DNA from: Thermoflexia bacterium
GTDB taxonomy: Bacteria; Chloroflexota; Anaerolineae; B4-G1; DUEL01
Direction of reading: 5' to 3'
DNA: 52,182 bases
NCBI GenBank assembly: GCA_011192125.1
Contig: DUEL01000012.1
Location: 23,622 to 75,803 of the forward strand
The position numbers were made by a program, and so were the translations under genes. This document shows, piece by piece, positions 16,146 through 23,614 of this stretch (position 1 is the stretch's first letter; each line of letters begins with the position of its first letter). Under the pieces are notes generated by a model. It saw only the letters and a list, made by a program, of their open reading frames with translations, was not told the DNA's origin and did no database searches.

Positions 16146-16817
16146 ATGGCGGCGAAAGAATCGGCGAAGGCCCGCCGGGCCAAGGCGGAGGCGCTGAACC
16201 GGGAGGGGTTGAAGGCCTATGAGGAATGGGATATCGAGGCGGCGGTGAAGAGGTTCCGTGCCGCGATCCGGGTCGCGCCGGACGTGCCGGACTATCATCT
16301 GAATCTGGCGCGGGCCCTTTCCCGCAGCGGCGATTTCGATCAGGCGTTGCGCGCGCTGGCCGAGTTCCTCCGCCTGGAGCCGGATTCCAAAGTCGCCGAG
16401 CGGTTCGAGCGGCTCTTCGCCAGCGGGTTGGATCCGGTGGAGACGATCCTCACGGAGAAGATGACCGAGGCTCGCATCCCCATTGAGGAGATCGGGGCGG
16501 CACTCCAGATGTGGTTGGAGTACCGGATCGCCGTCGGCAGGAAGCCCCTGCCGATGCGCAAACCGGAGGCCTGGGCCGCCGCGCTGGATTACACCGTGCG
16601 GAAGGTCAACCTGCGCCCGGTCACGCAGCGGGAGGTCGCCCGGACCTACGGCGTGAGCGAGCGGACGTTGCGGGAGCGGTTCAACGAGTTGGTGGCGACG
16701 CTGGATGTGATGCCCTGCGACTATCGGTATTTCGTGGGTGAGCAGAACCCGTTGGACAAACTGGTGGAGGCGGCGGAACTGTTGGAGCAACTGGAGGCGC
16801 GCTTCCGCGAGCCGTGA
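16146..16817 (+). CDS. TPR protein with C-terminal TFIIB/TFB-like helical HTH domain
   Basis: N-terminal TPR pair; C-terminal RKPEAWAAALDY..VTQREVARTYGVSERTLRERFNEL. Confidence 0.75.
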   Translation: MAAKESAKARRAKAEALNREGLKAYEEWDIEAAVKRFRAAIRVAPDVPDYHLNLARALSRSGDFDQALRALAEFLRLEPDSKVAERFERLFASGLDPVETILTEKMTEARIPIEEIGAALQMWLEYRIAVGRKPLPMRKPEAWAAALDYTVRKVNLRPVTQREVARTYGVSERTLRERFNELVATLDVMPCDYRYFVGEQNPLDKLVEAAELLEQLEARFREP

Positions 16818-16843
16818 GCGAGCCGTCCACAGCGGAGGTTGGG

Positions 16844-17032
16844 ATGCGGATCATTCATCGGGACAAGGAGTGGGAGCTGGAGGGGCGGATGACCGTCCGC
16901 CAGGCGATAGAGAAGGTAGGGCTGATCCCGGAGACTGTGTTGGCTGTGCGGGACGGCAAATTGTTGACCGAGGATACGGTGCTGGAGCCGGACGACGAGG
17001 TAAAGTTGATCTCGGTGGTCTCCGGCGGATAG
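16844..17032 (+). CDS. ttuB: ubiquitin-like sulfur carrier protein TtuB (ThiS/MoaD family)
   Basis: 62 aa ending VVSGG, directly upstream of ttuA; SD GGAGG. Confidence 0.85.
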   Translation: MRIIHRDKEWELEGRMTVRQAIEKVGLIPETVLAVRDGKLLTEDTVLEPDDEVKLISVVSGG

Positions 17033-17051
17033 GGGGGCTTGAGGTCGATCG

Positions 17052-17987
17052 GTGCGCTGTCGAAAGTGCGGAAAACGGGCCGCATTCAATATGCGGCATC
17101 ATAAACTGGCCCTCTGCGAGGACCACTACCTGGAGTGGTTCGTCGCGCAGACGGAGCGGACGATCCGTAAGTACCGGATGTTCCGCCGCGACGACCGGGT
17201 GCTGGTCGCCGTCTCCGGCGGGAAGGACAGCCTGAGCCTCTGGGATGTGCTCCTGCGTCTGGGCTACCAGGCGGACGGCCTGTATATCAACCTGGGGATC
17301 GATGGGGGGTTCGGTTACTCCCGTCTCTCCCTCGAAAAGATCGAGGCCTTCCTCGCCGACCGCCCGGAGGCGAAGTTGCACGTGGTGGACGTCCCGACCC
17401 TGTACGGAGAGACGATCCCCCAGGTGGCGCGCCGCAAACTGCGGGGGCGGGGCAAGCCCTGTTCCGTCTGCGGCCTGATCAAGCGGCACGAGATGAACCG
17501 GATCGCCTGGGAGCACGGCTACAACGTACTCGCCACCGGCCATAATCTGGACGACGAGGTGGCCGTCCTTCTGAGCAACGTCCTCCACTGGCAGGTGGGC
17601 TACCTGGCCCGGCAGGCTCCCGTGTTGGAGGAACGGGAGGGGTTGGCCCGCAAGGTCAAGCCCTTCTGTCGGTTCTACGAGCGGGAGGTGGCTGCCTACG
17701 CCCTCCTCCGTGGGATCGATTACATCTACGAAGAGTGCCCCTACGCGGAAGGAAGCACCACCATCTTCTACAAGGACCTGCTCAGTCGGCTGGAGGCCCA
17801 GTCGCCGGGTAGCAAGTTGCAGTTTTACCTCAGCTTCCTCCGCGCCCGGAAGGATGGACTGTTCAAAGAGCAGGCGGAGCAGGTCGAGCTCCACCCCTGC
17901 CCCGTCTGCAGCCAGCCGACCAGCGTCCCCGGCCCCTGTGCTTTCTGCCGCCTGTGGAACCACCAGCCAGCGACCAGCAATCGGTAA
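17052..17987 (+). CDS. ttuA: tRNA 2-thiouridine(54) sulfurtransferase TtuA
   Basis: N-terminal CxxC..CxxH, PP-loop SGGKDS, CSVC, GHNLDD, ECPY, C-terminal CxxC..CxxC. Confidence 0.88.
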   Translation: MRCRKCGKRAAFNMRHHKLALCEDHYLEWFVAQTERTIRKYRMFRRDDRVLVAVSGGKDSLSLWDVLLRLGYQADGLYINLGIDGGFGYSRLSLEKIEAFLADRPEAKLHVVDVPTLYGETIPQVARRKLRGRGKPCSVCGLIKRHEMNRIAWEHGYNVLATGHNLDDEVAVLLSNVLHWQVGYLARQAPVLEEREGLARKVKPFCRFYEREVAAYALLRGIDYIYEECPYAEGSTTIFYKDLLSRLEAQSPGSKLQFYLSFLRARKDGLFKEQAEQVELHPCPVCSQPTSVPGPCAFCRLWNHQPATSNR

Positions 17988-18006
17988 CTACCGACCGGAG
18001 GCAGCA

Positions 18007-18621
18007 ATGAGCATTGCCGGCGTCCTTGTCGTTTCCGCCTACATCGCCACCCAGATGCTCTCCGACGTCCTGAGCCTGAAGATCGCTCGGGTCGGCGGGT
18101 TCAGCATCGACGTGGGGACCTTCACCTACCCGTTCACCTTCACCCTCCGCGACCTGGTGCACAAGACGCTGGGGCGGCAGGCAGCGCGGGTGGTGATCGT
18201 CGCGGCCGGGGTGATCAACTTGGTGATGGCCGGACTGTTCGCCTTCGCCGCCTGGCTTCCACCCGACCCCACCTGGCCGCTCCAGCGGGAGTTCGCCGCC
18301 GTCCTCACCCCGGTCTGGCGAATCGTCATCGCCTCCATCGTCGCCGAGGTGGTCGCCGAGTTCACCGACACCGAGATCTACCACCTGTGGGTGACCCGTG
18401 TCACCCGCCGGTTCCAGTGGGCGCGGGTCCTCACCAGCAACGCCGTCAGCGTCCCGCTGGACAGCCTCATCTTCTCCTGGGGGGCCTTCGGGGGCGTCCT
18501 TCCCGCCACCACCGTCTGGTCCATCTTCTGGGCTAACGTCCTACTGAAAGGAGCGGTGACCCTGGTGAGCCTGCCCGGGATCTATGTGGTAAAGGAGCCG
18601 TCCCCAGCCACTGGTGAATAG
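18007..18621 (+). CDS. queuosine precursor transporter (YhhQ/Vut_1 family)
   Basis: Hydrophobic protein with YPFTFTLRDLV, WRIVIAS and SNAVSVPLDSLIF motifs. Confidence 0.85.
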   Translation: MSIAGVLVVSAYIATQMLSDVLSLKIARVGGFSIDVGTFTYPFTFTLRDLVHKTLGRQAARVVIVAAGVINLVMAGLFAFAAWLPPDPTWPLQREFAAVLTPVWRIVIASIVAEVVAEFTDTEIYHLWVTRVTRRFQWARVLTSNAVSVPLDSLIFSWGAFGGVLPATTVWSIFWANVLLKGAVTLVSLPGIYVVKEPSPATGE

Positions 18622-18660
18622 ATATAGAGGGGACTTTACGAGTCGTTGAGGGGAGAAGCG

Positions 18661-19764
18661 GTGAGACGTGTTTGGAGGACCTTTTGCCGATCGGCAGCGA
18701 TTCCCGTCCTGCTGGCGCTCTTCGTGCTTGGAGTAGGGTGTGCCAGCCGGATCTCCACGCCTCATCCGACTCCGGAACCGTCCCCTTCCCCCGTCGCTTC
18801 TCCCACGCCGCAGGAGGTTCTGCCCTCCCCCACCACCGCCCCTCCGTCGCCGAGTCCCATCCCCTCTCTGGCCCCTTCCCCCACACCGCCTTCCGCTTTC
18901 GCTTTCGCCGTGACCGCCGATATGCGGCAGTACGCGGGACCGGGGCTCTACGACTCGTCCCACTACTTCCGCGGGGCGTGCGAGGCCATCGCCGCCCTCG
19001 GCGACGTGGCTTTTATGGTGAGCCCCGGCGACATCGATCCGCCGCTGGGGGTGCAGTGGACCATCTCCCAGACCCTTGGGGCTGACTTCCCGTGGTACCC
19101 CGGCGTCGGCAACCACGAGGCGGAGACCCCCGACGATGTGGCCTGGCTCCAGGCCTACGACTACGGCCCGGTGAACCCGGGTCCATCCGGCTGCCCGACG
19201 ACGACCTATTCGTTCGACTACGGTGTAGCCCATCTGGTGATGCTCAACGTGTACTGCAATGCTGGCGGGCCGACGATCACCGACGGGAAGATCCCCGACC
19301 ATCTCTATGAGTGGCTGGCGGCGGACCTGCAGGCGACCGACCGGCCCTACATCTTCGTCTTCGGCCACGAACCGGCCTTCCCGCAGCCGGACGCGGAGAC
19401 GGGTCGAGAGCGGCACGTCGGCGACAGCCTCGATGCCTATCCAGCGAACAGGGATCGGTTTTGGGACCTCCTGGCGAGCCACGGCGTGGTGGCTTACATC
19501 TGCGGCCACACCCACAACTACAGCGCGGTGCGCATCGACGGGGTCTGGCAACTGGACGCCGGGCACGCCCGTGGGAAGGGGGATCGAGGGGCCCCCAGCA
19601 CCTTCCTCGTTATCCGGGTTGAGAACGACTTGGTCGTGCTGGAGACGTATCGAGACGACATGGCGGGTGGGCCGTACACCCTTGTGGAGCGGATCCCCCT
19701 CGCCGGAGGTGCTGCGCTGTACCTGCCGCTCGTCACCCGTCTCGCTTTGACGCCTGACGCCTGA
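18661..19764 (+). CDS. lipoprotein metallophosphoesterase (calcineurin-like) with Pro/Ser/Thr linker and C-terminal YLPLV tail
   Basis: Lipobox-like LGVGC; PGDID, GNHE, GHEP and GHTH motifs; ends ALYLPLVTR. Start uncertain (TTG 18646 or GTG 18661). Confidence 0.8.
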   Translation: MRRVWRTFCRSAAIPVLLALFVLGVGCASRISTPHPTPEPSPSPVASPTPQEVLPSPTTAPPSPSPIPSLAPSPTPPSAFAFAVTADMRQYAGPGLYDSSHYFRGACEAIAALGDVAFMVSPGDIDPPLGVQWTISQTLGADFPWYPGVGNHEAETPDDVAWLQAYDYGPVNPGPSGCPTTTYSFDYGVAHLVMLNVYCNAGGPTITDGKIPDHLYEWLAADLQATDRPYIFVFGHEPAFPQPDAETGRERHVGDSLDAYPANRDRFWDLLASHGVVAYICGHTHNYSAVRIDGVWQLDAGHARGKGDRGAPSTFLVIRVENDLVVLETYRDDMAGGPYTLVERIPLAGGAALYLPLVTRLALTPDA

Positions 19765-19796
19765 CGTATGACGCTTGACGCTTGACGCTTGACCCA
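19748..19796 (+). repeat. 7-bp tandem repeat (TGACGCT consensus), 7 units
   Basis: tgacgcc tgacgcc tgacgta tgacgct tgacgct tgacgct tgaccca. Confidence 0.9.
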
Positions 19797-19820
19797 ATTA
19801 CCCACAAGTAACCGAGTGCT

Positions 19821-20759
19821 ATGACAACCGAAAACGACTTTTACGACCTAGAGGCTGTCCCCCCTGGCCACAAATCCGGCTTTGTCGCCGTCATCGGCCG
19901 GCCCAACGTGGGGAAGTCCACCCTGATGAACCAGTTCCTGGGGCACAAGGTGGCCATCGTCTCCCCCAAGCCCCAGACGACCCGCACCCGCATCCGGGGG
20001 ATCCTGACGCGGGAGGACTACCAGATCATCTTCATCGACACGCCGGGGCTGCACAAGCCCTTCCACAAGTTGGGCGAGGTGATGGTCGCCACCGCGGCCC
20101 GCGCCATCCCCGGGTCGGACGTGATCCTCTTCGTGGTCGACGTTTCGGTGCTGCCCTGGGAGGAGGACCGGATGATCGCGCAGATGATCCGGGAGCGGAC
20201 CCAGAACCCGGTCATTTTGGTGCTCAACAAGATGGACCTCCTGCCGCCGGATCGGGTGAAATCCCACACCGAGGCGTACTGGGAGTTGGTCCCCGATCAC
20301 GCCGGGTGGATGATGACCATCGCCACCGAGGCGGTGAACCTGGACAAACTGCTGGAGATGATCGTTGAGCACCTGCCGGAGGGGCCGCGCTACTACCCAA
20401 GCGATCAGATCACCGACCAGACGGAGCGGGAGATCGCCGCCGAGTTGATCCGCGAGCAGATCCTTCGCCTCACCCGGGACGAGGTGCCCCACTCCGTCGC
20501 CGTGCTGGTGGAAGAGTTTCAGGAGCGGGAAAACGGGGTGGTCTACATCGCCGCCAACATCTACGTGGAGCGGGAGTCCCAAAAGGGGATCCTGATCGGC
20601 AAGGGGGGACGGATGCTCCGACGGATCGGCACCGCCGCCCGCCAGGAGATCGAACGGATGGTCGGCGGGCGGGTCTATCTGGACCTATGGGTGAAGGTGA
20701 GCAAGAACTGGCGGAAGGACCTGGCACGGGTTCGTTGGATGGGCTACAGGCCGGATTGA
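19821..20759 (+). CDS. era: GTPase Era
   Basis: GRPNVGKST, PQTTR, DTPG, NKMD and C-terminal KH domain motif SQKGILIGKGG. Confidence 0.97.
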   Translation: MTTENDFYDLEAVPPGHKSGFVAVIGRPNVGKSTLMNQFLGHKVAIVSPKPQTTRTRIRGILTREDYQIIFIDTPGLHKPFHKLGEVMVATAARAIPGSDVILFVVDVSVLPWEEDRMIAQMIRERTQNPVILVLNKMDLLPPDRVKSHTEAYWELVPDHAGWMMTIATEAVNLDKLLEMIVEHLPEGPRYYPSDQITDQTEREIAAELIREQILRLTRDEVPHSVAVLVEEFQERENGVVYIAANIYVERESQKGILIGKGGRMLRRIGTAARQEIERMVGGRVYLDLWVKVSKNWRKDLARVRWMGYRPD

Positions 20760-20767
20760 GAGGTTCA

Positions 20768-20829
20768 CACCGTAAAGACACAGGGGGCACGAGATAGAGG
20801 GGTCTCTGTGCCCTCTGTGCCTCTGTGGT
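20768..20829. repeat. REP-like palindrome family A, copy 4
   Basis: accgtaaagacacagggggcac ... gtgccctctgtgcctctgtggt, just after era. Confidence 0.75.
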
Positions 20830-20857
20830 TTTCTATCACGGACGGAGGAAAGAGTCG

Positions 20858-21793
20858 ATGACCTCGACGGGGGATGTGCGGACGACCAGGATCCGCCGCG
20901 CTGCGCGGATGGCCCGGATCATCGACCGGCTGGAGCGGTTGGACGACGGGACGCTGGAGGAACTGGATCGGTTGACCCGGCAGGCGGTGTCGGGATCGGT
21001 GATGATGCCCGGAGAGGCCTCCCGGCGACGGTTCCTCAAAGCGGCGGTAGCCGGAGGGGCCATCATGGCTGTGACGGGTGGGTTGGCGGTCTGGCAGATG
21101 GGCTACGGCCGCCTGTCGGCGGAGGCGAACCGGCTGCGTGAGATCATCGCCCTGTACGAAGCGATGGAGGGGGTCGAACTGGACGGGCGGCTGGAAGAGG
21201 CCCTGGGGAGGCTGAGTGGGCTGGTCGGTGGGCTGCGGGAGAGCGCGGAGACCCTCCGTTCCGGTCTGGAGGCCGGCCGGGCCGCCCTCCTCGACTTCCA
21301 ATCCCGCTTCCCCTCCCTCCAGTCCGCCTTCCAATGGCTCCAGCAGACCCTCGCCAGCCTCTCCCAGCGGATGCTGGCGCTGGAGAACAGCGTCAACGAC
21401 CTGCTGGAGATCACCGGGCCGCTGGCGGAGACGATGGGGAGTTTCCTGCGCTGGATCTTGGACCACCTGCCAGGCTCCGCTGCCGATCGGGTGCGAGGTG
21501 GGTTGGAGCGGCTCGGCGAGGTCGTGACGATGTTGCCGGACCTGGTCGAAGGGCTCCACCAGCGGATCCTGGAGCCAATGGACGGATGGTTCAGTTCCCG
21601 TGCGGACACCAGCCTGGGGGTCGTTCTCGTTCAGCCTCTTCTCACCACCGTCTTCGATCCGGTCGAGTCGCTCCTCGACCGGATCGTCGAACTGGCGACA
21701 GCGTGGGATGAGGCACACCGGTCTCTTCAACAGGCCTTGGAGCAGAGGAGAATGATCCGCGCCCAGATCCTGGATGTCTTGAGCGACCTTTGA
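20858..21793 (+). CDS. hypothetical membrane-anchored all-helical/coiled-coil protein with internal twin-arginine motif
   Basis: SRRRFLK followed by a hydrophobic helix, then long amphipathic helices; SD GGAGG before ATG 20858. Confidence 0.7.
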   Translation: MTSTGDVRTTRIRRAARMARIIDRLERLDDGTLEELDRLTRQAVSGSVMMPGEASRRRFLKAAVAGGAIMAVTGGLAVWQMGYGRLSAEANRLREIIALYEAMEGVELDGRLEEALGRLSGLVGGLRESAETLRSGLEAGRAALLDFQSRFPSLQSAFQWLQQTLASLSQRMLALENSVNDLLEITGPLAETMGSFLRWILDHLPGSAADRVRGGLERLGEVVTMLPDLVEGLHQRILEPMDGWFSSRADTSLGVVLVQPLLTTVFDPVESLLDRIVELATAWDEAHRSLQQALEQRRMIRAQILDVLSDL

Positions 21794-21813
21794 TCCTCAT
21801 CGTGGGCGAAAAT

Positions 21814-21842
21814 TTGACACAACATCGGTGCTGTGGTAATAT
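21814..21842 (+). promoter_or_regulatory. sigma70 promoter upstream of the first response regulator
   Basis: TTGACA-N17-TAATAT with extended -10 TG, in an AT-rich intergenic region. Confidence 0.75.
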
Positions 21843-22037
21843 TTAACTCGGAATTTAATAGAAGAATAAGAGTAATGTAGTTCTGTTGTTTCCACTACCG
21901 ATACATCGGGGCCAGGGTTTCCGACTTGATGCTTCTCCGCGACTTCCCCGAGTTTTCTGGAGCCCTGGGCTGTTTTGTACAACGTGAGTGGGCAACTGCT
22001 AGGGTGTTCGGACTTACAGGGGTAGAGAGGGGGAGAG

Positions 22038-22742
22038 GTGCGTCGGCGGTTCCGCGTCCTCGCGATCGATGACCAACCCGATGTATTGAGGATGCTTGAA
22101 GTGATCCTGGGGTCGGAGGGCTTCGAGGTCGTCACGGCCCAGGACGCGCTTTCCGGCCTCCGCATGGCCTACCAGATGCATCCGGATGTGGTCCTTCTCG
22201 ACGTGGTGATGCCGGATGTGGATGGGTTCGAGGTCTGCCGGCGGCTGCGGGAGATGACCGACGTACCCATCATCTTCGTCACCGCCCGGGGGACGATCGA
22301 GGACGTGGTGCGTGGGTTCTCCCTGGGAGCGGACGACTACGTCGTCAAGCCGTTCGACCGTTCGGAACTGGTCAGTCGCCTCTTTGCCTGCCTGCGCCGG
22401 GCCAGCGAGCGGGAGGACCGGCAGCAGGAGGTCCTGTTCCCGGCCGCCTCGGTGATGCTGGATTGTGGCCGTCACGAACTGGTGATCGGCCATCGGACGG
22501 TGTATCTGACCCCCAAGGAGTTCGAAGTCCTCCGTCTCCTCATCCAGCACGCCGGTCGGGTCCTGAGCCCCGATGCCATCCTGACCCGGGTGTGGGGTCC
22601 GGAGCGGATCGGCGAACCGGACCTGGTGAAGCAATACATCTATCGGTTGCGGCGCAAGATCGAGCCGGATCCCAAGTCGCCCCGCTACATCCGCACCGTC
22701 CGCGGCAGCGGTTACTACTTTGAGGCCGAGGACCTTCTGTAG
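22038..22742 (+). CDS. OmpR/PhoB family response regulator
   Basis: Receiver IDD..LLDVVMP..DYVVKPF; wHTH LTPKEFEVL..YIRTVRGSGY. Confidence 0.93.
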   Translation: MRRRFRVLAIDDQPDVLRMLEVILGSEGFEVVTAQDALSGLRMAYQMHPDVVLLDVVMPDVDGFEVCRRLREMTDVPIIFVTARGTIEDVVRGFSLGADDYVVKPFDRSELVSRLFACLRRASEREDRQQEVLFPAASVMLDCGRHELVIGHRTVYLTPKEFEVLRLLIQHAGRVLSPDAILTRVWGPERIGEPDLVKQYIYRLRRKIEPDPKSPRYIRTVRGSGYYFEAEDLL

Positions 22743-22764
22743 GCTCCCGATGTGCTGAGGTTCC

Positions 22765-22803
22765 AACCCCCTCCCAAGAGGAGGGGGTTTTTTGTTGTTT
22801 TTT
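22765..22803 (+). terminator. intrinsic terminator between the two response regulators
   Basis: aaccccctcc-caaga-ggagggggtt stem followed by a long T-rich tract. Confidence 0.85.
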
Positions 22804-22879
22804 GACCTTTCTTTCACCTAACCCATACGACGTTCTGGTATTTTAAGAATTACGAAACGCCTGATGTGGGAGGAGGCTG

Positions 22880-23614
22880 ATGAGGGAGACGGTGTTGGTG
22901 ATCGACGACGACCCGCAACTGTTGGGGTTGTTGCGGCTGACCCTGGAGCGAGAGGGATTCCGCGTCGTCACCGCCGAAAGTGGGGAGGAGGGGCTTCGCC
23001 GCGCGTATGAAGCGCGCCCCGATGCCATCGTCCTCGACATCATGATGCCGGAGATGGACGGATGGGCGGTCTGCCGGCGGCTCCGGGATGTGTGTGACGT
23101 TCCCATCCTGATCCTCTCCGCTCGGACGGAGACGGAATCGGTCATCAGGGGGTTCTCCCTGGGGGCCGACGACTACCTCAGCAAGCCCTGCAGTCTGGAG
23201 GAGCTGGTGTTCCGCATCCGGGCCATCCTTCGCCGGGCGCGGACCGACACCAAGGAGACGTGGCAAGAGGTGTACGACGACGGCACCCTGTACATCGATC
23301 TGGCAAACGGGAGGATCGAGCGGGAGGGAACCCCGATTCATCTCACCCCCACCGAACAGCGCCTCCTGACATACCTGGTCCGGCAGGAGGGGCGGGTCGT
23401 CCCTCACAGGGAGTTGCTTACCAACGTGTGGGGACCGGAATATGCGGAGGAGGTTGGATACCTGAGTGTCTATATCCGTTATCTGCGACGGAAGATCGAG
23501 GCGGATCCGTCGGCTCCCCGGTATATCCGTACGCGGTGGGGCATCGGTTACTACTTCGCGGGGAATCATCTTCTGGAGGAGGAGCAGTCGTTGAGGAGTG
23601 TACAGGATGAGTAA
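22880..23614 (+). CDS. OmpR/PhoB family response regulator
   Basis: IDDD..VLDIMMP..DYLSKPC; LTPTEQRLL..YIRTRWGIGY; SD GGAGG. Confidence 0.93.
   Translation: MRETVLVIDDDPQLLGLLRLTLEREGFRVVTAESGEEGLRRAYEARPDAIVLDIMMPEMDGWAVCRRLRDVCDVPILILSARTETESVIRGFSLGADDYLSKPCSLEELVFRIRAILRRARTDTKETWQEVYDDGTLYIDLANGRIEREGTPIHLTPTEQRLLTYLVRQEGRVVPHRELLTNVWGPEYAEEVGYLSVYIRYLRRKIEADPSAPRYIRTRWGIGYYFAGNHLLEEEQSLRSVQDE

Noticed and set aside
19748-19796. Possible CRISPR array from the repeated motifs here and at 37649-37711
   Set aside because: Contiguous 7-bp units with no unique spacers, and no cas genes in the window.
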